Shown: piece after piece, positions 26,079 through 33,060 of the stretch
How positions within the stretch are numbered: the first letter of the stretch is position 1
Layout: each line of letters begins with the position of its first letter
NCBI GenBank assembly: GCA_035249945.1
Contig: DATFFS010000033.1
Coordinates: 1-49,125, forward strand
Reading direction: 5' to 3'
Length of the DNA: 49,125 bases
Source of the DNA: Gemmatimonadota bacterium
Lineage (GTDB): Bacteria > Gemmatimonadota > Gemmatimonadetes > JACCXV01 > JAHWKZ01
Position numbers and translations under genes: made by a program
The notes under the pieces: model-generated
Seen by the model: the letters and a program-made list of their open reading frames with translations, nothing else
What the model was told of the DNA's origin: nothing
Database searches by the model: none

Positions 26079-26630
26079 ATGAAACCTGACGAGCCAACGA
26101 CCCCTCCGCACGCGAGCGAAACTTCCTTCTCGATCGTCTACGATGAGTTGAAGCGAGTCGCCCGGCGACAACTCCGCGGCCAGGATGCCAACGCGACGCT
26201 CTGTACCACGGAGCTCGTTCACGAGGCGTACATGAAGCTGGGCAGCGCGGATGGCGATTGGGACAGCCGCGCTCACTTCTTCGGGTCGGCTTCCCGCGCC
26301 ATGCGTCAGGTCCTGGTCGACTTCGCGCGCCGGCGCCGAGCGGACAGGCGCGGTGGCTCCTGGCGGCGGGTCTCTCTGAGCGACGTCGGCGCCGCTTTGC
26401 AGATCGAACTGGATGAGATTCTGGCGCTCGACGACGCGCTCGAGCATCTCGACGCGGTGGATCCCCGGCTGCGGGAAGTCGTCGAGCTCCGGTTCTTCGG
26501 CGGCCTCTCCAACGAGGACGTCGGGCGGATCCTCGGTGTATCCCCCCGGACGGTGGAGCGCGATTGGCTGAAAGCGCGGCTCCTCCTGCTGCACGAGTTG
26601 CAACTCGCTCCGGGTTCGGATCCCGGCTAG
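26079..26630 (+). CDS. ECF-type sigma-70 factor (Sigma70_ECF / kinase-associated type)
   Basis: 183 aa. The pattern TELVHEAYMKL...HFFGSASRAMRQVLVDFARRR is typical of this ECF family, with a region 4 HTH (LSNEDVGRILGVSPRTVERDW). It starts 13 nt after the kinase stop. Confidence 0.8.
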   Translation: MKPDEPTTPPHASETSFSIVYDELKRVARRQLRGQDANATLCTTELVHEAYMKLGSADGDWDSRAHFFGSASRAMRQVLVDFARRRRADRRGGSWRRVSLSDVGAALQIELDEILALDDALEHLDAVDPRLREVVELRFFGGLSNEDVGRILGVSPRTVERDWLKARLLLLHELQLAPGSDPG

Positions 26631-26662
26631 CGCGACAGCCAGAGGCTCCCTCTCCGGACCCC

Positions 26663-26696
26663 AAAAACAAGCCGCCCGGCTTTCGCCGGGCGGCTC
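26663..26696 (-). terminator. Rho-independent terminator oriented for the minus strand
   Basis: Minus-strand read: GCCGCCCGGC-GAAA-GCCGGGCGGC, a perfect 10-bp stem extendable to 12 bp, immediately followed by UUGUUUUUGG. Confidence 0.7.
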
Positions 26697-27770
26697 TCGA
26701 CGCGCTGCACGAAGACAGCAAAAAATGAGGATCGGACGGGGCTGCGAGTCGCTTTCTCCTTCGAAGACTCGGCCGGTTCCGGCTTCGCGCGACCGCTCTC
26801 GCGGCCGGCGACTCCTCTCGTGGGGTTGGCGTCCCTTTCAGAGGTCGTACCGGCGAACCGTAGCGCGTCATCGGTTTCGCGCTCCCCCTCCGCCGTCAGC
26901 CACCGAAGTGGCCCCGGCCATGGGGTCTTCCTCGCTCGCCGGAGGCGCGTGGATGTCGAAGACGTCCGCGCACCGCCTCTCCTAGGGTTGGCTTCCCCTT
27001 CAGAGTATTGCCGGGCCGGCTTGCCGGCGCCCTCTCGGGCGCGGCGCCTCCCAGGAGTTCCTGCCCCTACAGCGTATGCAGATGCGGGAGCCCACTCACC
27101 CGGGATTTGCCTCGTCCCGGTTCGGGTGCGGCTGCAGGGTTTCTCACCCTCTTGCCGCGTTACGTCTCCCGCGTCCTTCCGACCGTTTAAGGCCGGTGAC
27201 GCTCATGGGGTTCTCCCCTTCGAAGCTTCTCCCTCCGGACGGAGCCGTGGCGCCTCTCGGCACCCGCTGCCCTCTTGCCGTTGTCGGCACTCGGCGTACG
27301 CAACCTAAGCTACGTACAACCGTTGGCAGACCCGGCTTCAGGGCCTTGCTCCCCGCCGGAGTCCGTCACGTTCGCACGGGGATTAGCCGTGCGGCCGCTC
27401 GCTGCTCCCCTGGGGTTCTCTCGCTCTAGGGCATTCCTCGAAGGCGTTGCCCCCGGCTTCCCGGCGGCTCCCCTCTCAGGCTTCTTCGCGGTTCGGCTTT
27501 CGCCGAGGCGACCGGCCTCCCAGGGTCTCGATCCGCTCTCGCGGTGCTGCGCTCCTCAGTCCGAAGAATGATCGGAGCCGCAACCCTTCTGCGATTTTCG
27601 CACCTCGTTTCCCTTCCGCGCGCTTCGAGCCGCGTCGTCCCGGGCTTGCGCCGAACGGTACCGGTAACATCGCTGTCCCGGATGTCCGTTCCATGGGACG
27701 TCCGTCGAGCTCTCCCGGAGGGCTCGCGGATGGAATGTCGGTGCCAGACTCGGGCCGTCATCCGACCCTC
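26663..27770 (-). ncRNA. candidate large (~1.1 kb) structured non-coding RNA, family unknown
   Basis: Bounded by a near-consensus promoter and an intrinsic terminator, with no credible ORF in any frame. It holds many perfect GNRA- and UUCG-capped hairpins and internally repeated modules. A 12-bp helix pairs nt 1-12 of the predicted transcript with 26738-26727. I found no match to the RNase P, tmRNA or SRP signature sequences that I can recall. Confidence 0.6.
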
Positions 27771-27776
27771 GACGCC

Positions 27777-27806
27777 AGTATACGGGACCCCTTCGCAAGG
27801 TGTCAA
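27777..27806 (-). promoter_or_regulatory. strong sigma70-type promoter driving the non-coding transcript
   Basis: On the minus strand: TTGACA (27806-27801), 18-nt spacer, TATACT (27782-27777). The -35 sits in the loop of the inverted repeat TCGCAA/TTGCGA (27793-27816). The expected TSS is near 27770. Confidence 0.65.
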
Positions 27807-28085
27807 ACCATTGCGAGAAAAAGGGTTACGGGACCGGTCGTCGAACGGCGCAAGGTGCTGGAGCGGGGCGGCTTGGAGTCCGCGAGCTAAACCGCCGGGT
27901 CAACTGATCGCCCCAACTGGGGCGCGTTCATCCGCTTGTAAGACTGCCAACATCGCAGACACGAAGGCTCCACAGGACCGCGCGAATTCTCCACTCCCTG
28001 TCCCCCGATTATCCACAGGTAATTCACACTTCAGGAACGATTCCCGAGGGGATGACTCCATACACGCGCGCAGCGCACGGCGCGG

Positions 28086-29396
28086 TCAGAGCAGATTTGC
28101 GGCGTACTCGGCGAGCTTGGACCGCTCGCCCTTCCGGAGCTCGACGTGCGCGGCCAGCGGCACGGTGCGGAAGTGGCTGACGACGTGATTGAAGCCGTTC
28201 GTGGAGGAGTCGATGTACGGCGTGTCGATCTGCCAGGGGTCGCCGGTCAGGACGAGCTTGGTGTTCTCCCCCACCCGCGTGAGGATCGTCTTGACCTCGA
28301 GGGGCGTCAGGTTCTGCGCCTCGTCGACGAGCATGAACTGCTGGGGGATCGACCGTCCCCGGATGTGCGTCAGCGGCTCGACGGCGAGCGCGCCCTTCTG
28401 GACCAGATCGTCGACGGTGCGGGTGCCGTTCCGCGCCGGCCGGCCGTCGAGGAGGAGCGCGAGGTTGTCGTAGATCGGCTGCATCCAGGGGTTGAGCTTC
28501 TGCTCGACCGAGCCCGGCAGGTAGCCGATGTCCTTCCCCATGGGGAACGTGGGCCGGGAGATGAGGAGGTGCCGATAGGTCGTGCGGTTCAGAACCTGCT
28601 CGAGCCCGGCGGCGAGCGCGAGCAGCGTCTTCCCCGTCCCCGCCTTCCCCATGATCGTCACCAGGACGACCGTCGGATCGAGGAGCGCGTCCAGCGCGAA
28701 GTACTGCTCCTTGTTCCGCGGGCGGATCCCCTGCACGCCCCCGGCGACGTCGATCAGCGCCCGCAGGACGCCGCCGACGGGATCGATCCGCGCGAGGGCC
28801 GTGTTCGACGGGTTCTCGCGGTCCTTGAGGAGCGCGTACTCGTTGGGAAAGAAGTCGCCCTCGGAGACGGGAAGCTGGCCGTTCGCGCGGAAGCGCTCGA
28901 GCTCCTCGGCATCCATCTCGATCTCGGTATGGCCGCTGTAGAGCTCGTCCAGGTCGACGCGGTCGGTCTCGTAGTCCTCGGCGACGAGCCCCATCGCGTC
29001 GGCCTTGATCCGGAGGTTCACGTCCTTCGTGACGAGGATGAGCGGCGTGTCCGGCGCGTCGTCCTGGATGCGCCGCGCGATCTTCAGGATCTCGTTGTCG
29101 ACCCAGCCGTCGGAGCGGGCGATCACCCGCTGCGGGTCGTCGGGGTCGAAGACCACTCTCAGCCGGCCGCCGGCGTCCAGCTCCACGCCGTCGGAGAGCC
29201 GCCCGCGCTCCCTGAGACCGTCGAGGAAGCGGCTGATCCAGCGCGCGTTCTCGCCCAGGCGCGTCAGCTGCTTCTTGAACCGGTCGATCTCTTCGATGAC
29301 GTAGATGGGGACCAGGACGGAGTTGTCCTGGAAGGCGGTCAGGGCCGTGGGGTCGTGGAGCAGGACGTTGGTGTCGAGGAGGTAGCGCTTCCTCAT
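28086..29396 (-). CDS. PhoH2-type protein: N-terminal PIN domain fused to a PhoH-like ATPase
   Basis: 436 aa. PIN N-terminus YLLDTNVLLHDP, Walker A GKAGTGKT, Walker B LVDEAQN, and GDPWQID. Confidence 0.85.
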   Translation of the reverse strand: MRKRYLLDTNVLLHDPTALTAFQDNSVLVPIYVIEEIDRFKKQLTRLGENARWISRFLDGLRERGRLSDGVELDAGGRLRVVFDPDDPQRVIARSDGWVDNEILKIARRIQDDAPDTPLILVTKDVNLRIKADAMGLVAEDYETDRVDLDELYSGHTEIEMDAEELERFRANGQLPVSEGDFFPNEYALLKDRENPSNTALARIDPVGGVLRALIDVAGGVQGIRPRNKEQYFALDALLDPTVVLVTIMGKAGTGKTLLALAAGLEQVLNRTTYRHLLISRPTFPMGKDIGYLPGSVEQKLNPWMQPIYDNLALLLDGRPARNGTRTVDDLVQKGALAVEPLTHIRGRSIPQQFMLVDEAQNLTPLEVKTILTRVGENTKLVLTGDPWQIDTPYIDSSTNGFNHVVSHFRTVPLAAHVELRKGERSKLAEYAANLL

Positions 29397-29412
29397 CAGA
29401 ATACGGGACGAA

Positions 29413-30885
29413 TCATCGCCGCAGGTCGACCCAGACGGCCTTGGTCTCGGTGTAGTTGTCGAGGGCGTGCTTGCCGAGGTCGCGGCCGTAGCCGCTCTGC
29501 TTGTAGCCGCCGAACGGCATGGCGGCGTCGTACAGATTGTAGGTGTTGATCCACACCGTCCCGGCCTTGAGTCGGCTGGCGACGTAGTGGGCCTTCTTGA
29601 TGTCGCGCGTCCAGACCGCCGCCGCGAGGCCGTACGGCGAGTCGTTCGCGCGCGCGATCGCCTCGTCGACGTCGTCGAAGGTCAGCGTCGCGAGCACCGG
29701 TCCGAAGATCTCCTCGCGCGCGATCGTCATCTCGGGAGTGACGCCGTCGAACACGGTAGGCTGGACGAAGTAGCCCGGCTCGAGCTCGGCCACCCGCTCG
29801 CCCCCGGCCACGACCGTAGCGCCCTCGCGCTTCCCGGTCTCGATGTATCGGAGGACGGTCTCCATCTGCTTCTCGGAGACGATCGCGCCGATGCGCGTCG
29901 TCTTCTCGAATGGGTCGCCGACCGTCATCTTGCCGGCCCCCGCGGCGACGGCCGGCACGAGCTCGTCGTGGGCCGCGTTCTCGACGAGGAGGCGGCTTCC
30001 GGCCGCGCAGACTTCGCCCTTGCCGTAGAAGATCCCGCCCACCGCGCCGCGCGCGGCGAGCTTCAGGTCGGCATCGGCGAACACGATGTTCGCGCTCTTG
30101 CCACCGAGCTCGAGCGAGACCCGCTTGACGGTCTCGGCGGCAAGCCCCGCGATCCGCTTCCCGACCGCGGTCGATCCTGTGAACGCTATCTTGTCGACGC
30201 CTTCGTGCTTGACCAGCGCCTCGCCGGCCGTGCGTCCGCCGCCGGGAACGACGTTCAGCGCGCCCGCCGGCAATCCGGCGTCGGCCGCGATCTGGGCCAG
30301 GAGGAGCGCGGTCAGCGGCGTCTCGCTGGCAGGCTTGAGCACCACCGTGCAGCCCGCGGCCAGCGCCGGCGCGACCTTCCACGAGGCGAGGTTCAGCGGG
30401 AAGTTCCAGGGCACGATCGCGCCCACGACCCCCACCGGCTCGCGCAGCGTGTAGCCGAACTGGTTGGGGACCGAGAGCGGGATCGTCTCCCCCTCGATCT
30501 TGGTGACCCATCCCGCGTAGTACTCGAACGTCTCGATCGTCATGTCGACGTCGATCCCGCTCTCGAACAGGGGCTTGCCGTTCTGGAGCGTCTCGACGCG
30601 CGCGACCTCGTCCTTCCGCTCCTCGAGGAGCCGCGCCATGTCCCACAGGATCCGCGCGCGCTTCCGCGGCGGGAGGCCGGGCCAGGCGCCCGAGTCGAAC
30701 GCGAGCCGCGCAGCCGCGACCGCCCGGTCGACGTCCGCCGCATCGCCCTCGGCGACCTCGGTCAGAGTCTCCGCCTTGGCCGGATTCACGACCGCGAACG
30801 TCTTCCCGCTCGCCGCCTCCACCCACTCGCCACCGATGAACAGGCGCCCCGGCGACAGGACCTGCGGCAGCTGTATCGAGCTCAT
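29413..30885 (-). CDS. NAD(P)-dependent aldehyde dehydrogenase
   Basis: 490 aa. Motifs: VPWNFP, FTGSTAVGK, the ELGGKS catalytic Glu motif and the catalytic Cys context GEVCAAGSR. Confidence 0.9.
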   Translation of the reverse strand: MSSIQLPQVLSPGRLFIGGEWVEAASGKTFAVVNPAKAETLTEVAEGDAADVDRAVAAARLAFDSGAWPGLPPRKRARILWDMARLLEERKDEVARVETLQNGKPLFESGIDVDMTIETFEYYAGWVTKIEGETIPLSVPNQFGYTLREPVGVVGAIVPWNFPLNLASWKVAPALAAGCTVVLKPASETPLTALLLAQIAADAGLPAGALNVVPGGGRTAGEALVKHEGVDKIAFTGSTAVGKRIAGLAAETVKRVSLELGGKSANIVFADADLKLAARGAVGGIFYGKGEVCAAGSRLLVENAAHDELVPAVAAGAGKMTVGDPFEKTTRIGAIVSEKQMETVLRYIETGKREGATVVAGGERVAELEPGYFVQPTVFDGVTPEMTIAREEIFGPVLATLTFDDVDEAIARANDSPYGLAAAVWTRDIKKAHYVASRLKAGTVWINTYNLYDAAMPFGGYKQSGYGRDLGKHALDNYTETKAVWVDLRR

Positions 30886-31026
30886 GGCCGTATCACCATC
30901 TCATTCCTCCTTGCGGGACTCACCATAGCGCCCACGCGGCGAGCGGTTCCCTCGCGTCGAACCAAGCCAACCCGCATCCTGCGCGGCCGGAGACCGGGAT
31001 GACATCCGCGAATCGGATCACCGAAA

Positions 31027-31833
31027 CTACTTCCCCGCGAACTGCGGCTTCCGCTTCTCGACGTACGCCGTCAGCCCCTCCTTCGCGTCCTGCGACGCGA
31101 AGAGCTTCGCCTGGAGCTCGCGCTCGATCGCGAGACCCTGCTCGAGCGCCACTTCGGCTCCCGACTGGCAGGAGCGCTTGATGTGGCCGACCGCCATCGC
31201 AGCCTTCCCGGGTGTGGTGAACTGACGCGCGTACTCCAGGACCTGCTCCATGAATGCATCCGTCGAATCGGCTTCGTAGACTTTGTTCACGATTCCCATG
31301 GCGGCCGCGTCGTCCATCTCGAAATTTCCACCTTCGGCCATCAGCTCGATCGCCTTCGACTTCCCGACCAGGCGCGTGAGGCGCTGGGTGCCGCCGGTAC
31401 CGGGGAGGACGCCCAGCGTGACCTCCGGCAGTCCGACCTTTCCGGCGCCCTTCCGCGCAATCCGGATATCGGCCGCCATCGCGACCTCGAGGCCGCCGCC
31501 CACCGTATGCCCGTTGAGCGCCGCGATCACGAGCTTGGGAGTGTGTTCGAGGCGCGACAGGGTCTCGTTTGCGTGGAGGCAGAAGAAGTACTTCCACGTC
31601 GGGTCGGACTTCTGCAGCATGTCGATGTTCGCGCCCGCGCAGAAGAACTTCTCGCCGGCGCCGCGGATCACGACGACCGACACCTCCGGATCGAACCGCG
31701 CGTCGATGATGGCCGCATCCAGCTGTTTCATCATCTCGTGCGTGTAGGTGTTGGCGGGCGGATCGTCGAGCGTGAATACCGCGACCCCGCCGTCCCTCTC
31801 GACCTTGACCAGCGTCTTCTCTGCCATTCCCAT
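31027..31833 (-). CDS. enoyl-CoA hydratase/isomerase family
   Basis: 268 aa. Motifs: GAGEKFFCAGANI, LNGHTVGGGLEVAMAADIRI, YVEKRKPQF. Confidence 0.9.
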   Translation of the reverse strand: MGMAEKTLVKVERDGGVAVFTLDDPPANTYTHEMMKQLDAAIIDARFDPEVSVVVIRGAGEKFFCAGANIDMLQKSDPTWKYFFCLHANETLSRLEHTPKLVIAALNGHTVGGGLEVAMAADIRIARKGAGKVGLPEVTLGVLPGTGGTQRLTRLVGKSKAIELMAEGGNFEMDDAAAMGIVNKVYEADSTDAFMEQVLEYARQFTTPGKAAMAVGHIKRSCQSGAEVALEQGLAIERELQAKLFASQDAKEGLTAYVEKRKPQFAGK

Positions 31834-31854
31834 CCTCCTCGTCGGATCCTCTGG

Positions 31855-33021
31855 TTACTCGAAGGCCGCGATACCCGTGATGTCCTGTCCCACGATCAGC
31901 GTGTGGATGTCGTGCGTGCCCTCGTACGTGAACACGGATTCGATGTTGCACATGTGGCGCATGACCTGGTACTCGGAGTGGATGCCGTTGGCGCCCATCG
32001 CCCAGCGCGCTGTCGAGGCGACCTCGCGCGCCATCATCACGTTGTGCCGTTTGGCGAGCGAGACCTGAGTGTGCTTGTACTTCCCGGCGTCCTTGAGCCG
32101 ACCGAGCCGGTAGGCGAGGAGCTGCCCCAGCGTGATCCGCTCCAGCATCTCGACCAGCTTCTGCTGCACGAGCTGGAAGCTCGCGATCGGCTTGTCGAAC
32201 TGGAGCCGCTCCGTGCTGTAACGGAGCGCCTCGTCGTAGCACGCCATCGCCGCGCCCACCGCGCCCCAGGCGATCCCGTAGCGCGCCTGGGTCAGGCACA
32301 TGAGCGGGCTCTTGAGGCCGCCCGAGCCGGGCAGGATCGCGTCGCCCGCCAAGCGCACGTCGTTGAACACGAGCTCGCTCGTGTCCGAGGCGCGGAGCGA
32401 GTGCTTGCCGTGCATCCCCTTGGCCTCGAAGCCGGGTGTTCCCCTCTCGACCAGGAAGCCGCGGATCTCGTCGTCCGTCTTGGCCCATACGACCGCCACG
32501 TCGGCCATCGAGCCGTTGGTGATCCACATCTTCGATCCGTTGAGCACCCAGCCGTCGCCGTCCTTGAGCGCGCGGGTCTTCATGCCGCCCGGATCGGAGC
32601 CGTGGTCGGCCTCAGTCAGGCCGAAGCAGCCGATCGCCTCCGCCTTCGCCATGGCCGGGAGCCAGCGCCGCTTCTGCTCCTCGGACCCGAACGCGAAGAT
32701 GGGGTACATGACGAGCGCCCCCTGCACCGATACGAACGAGCGCACGCCGCTGTCTCCCCGCTCGAGCTCCTGCATGATGAGCCCGTAGGCGACGTTGTTC
32801 AGGCCGGCGCAGCCGTACTCTTCGGGAAGGTTGGCGCCGAGGACGCCCAGCTCGGCGAGGCCCGGGACGATCTCTTTCGGGAAGCTTCCTTCGAGATAGG
32901 CCTCCTCGATGACGGGCAGGACCTCGGCGTCGACGAAGCGGCGCACCGTGTCGCGCGCCATTCGCTCCTCCGACGACAGCTCGCCGTCCAGGTCCATGTA
33001 ATCGACACCCTTGAACGCCAT
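31855..33021 (-). CDS. acyl-CoA dehydrogenase, glutaryl-CoA dehydrogenase-like
   Basis: 388 aa. GCFGLTEADHGSDPGGMKTRA, WITNG and the C-terminal YEGTHDIHTLIVG resemble GcdH-type ACADs. Confidence 0.8.
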   Translation of the reverse strand: MAFKGVDYMDLDGELSSEERMARDTVRRFVDAEVLPVIEEAYLEGSFPKEIVPGLAELGVLGANLPEEYGCAGLNNVAYGLIMQELERGDSGVRSFVSVQGALVMYPIFAFGSEEQKRRWLPAMAKAEAIGCFGLTEADHGSDPGGMKTRALKDGDGWVLNGSKMWITNGSMADVAVVWAKTDDEIRGFLVERGTPGFEAKGMHGKHSLRASDTSELVFNDVRLAGDAILPGSGGLKSPLMCLTQARYGIAWGAVGAAMACYDEALRYSTERLQFDKPIASFQLVQQKLVEMLERITLGQLLAYRLGRLKDAGKYKHTQVSLAKRHNVMMAREVASTARWAMGANGIHSEYQVMRHMCNIESVFTYEGTHDIHTLIVGQDITGIAAFE

Positions 33022-33060
33022 CCGTTCTCCTTCGTGGTATGGGAATCTAGACCGGGCCCG

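Noticed and set aside
27144-27206. A 20-codon sORF inside the RNA (MSVTGLKRSEGRGRRNAARG) preceded by a purine-rich stretch.
   Set aside because: It is very short and Arg/Gly-rich, and it lies across predicted hairpins. Nothing distinguishes it from random ORFs in GC-rich sequence. It could be re-examined with ribosome profiling.
26671-27602. An ORF-less group II intron. GUGCG occurs at 27602-27598 (RNA sense), and GAGCCGCCCGGC-GAAA-GCCGGGCGGCUU superficially resembles domain V.
   Set aside because: The domain-V-like hairpin is a perfect bulge-less stem followed by a U-tract, so it is a terminator. The element has its own promoter, no flanking exons and no reverse transcriptase. I could not see a domain VI or a branch-point A.
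27591-27617. A cobalamin-riboswitch-like stretch, GGAAGGGAAACGAGGUGCGAAAAUCGC (compare AGGGAA...GGUG.GAA.UCC).
   Set aside because: There is no B12 box (GCCACUG) or GAGCCAGGAGACCUGCC-type element at the proper distance, and no downstream regulated gene on this strand. The resemblance covers only a short purine-rich stretch.
26663-27770. Whether the non-coding transcript is simply RNase P RNA, tmRNA, SRP RNA, 6S RNA or an rRNA fragment.
   Set aside because: I could not find the RNase P P4/CR-I signature (GGAAAGUCCGG ... ACAGAA), a tmRNA 5' GGGG...UUCGACG with a tRNA-like 3' end and tag ORF, or the SRP GGAAGCAGCC-type motif. The length (~1.1 kb) fits none of them. This is a by-eye check only; cmscan is needed.
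28009-28017. A perfect DnaA-box consensus TTATCCACA between phoH2 and the RNA promoter.
   Set aside because: It is a single copy with no cluster of boxes, no AT-rich DNA-unwinding element and no dnaA/dnaN nearby, so it is not an origin. A lone box may be chance or a minor regulatory site.
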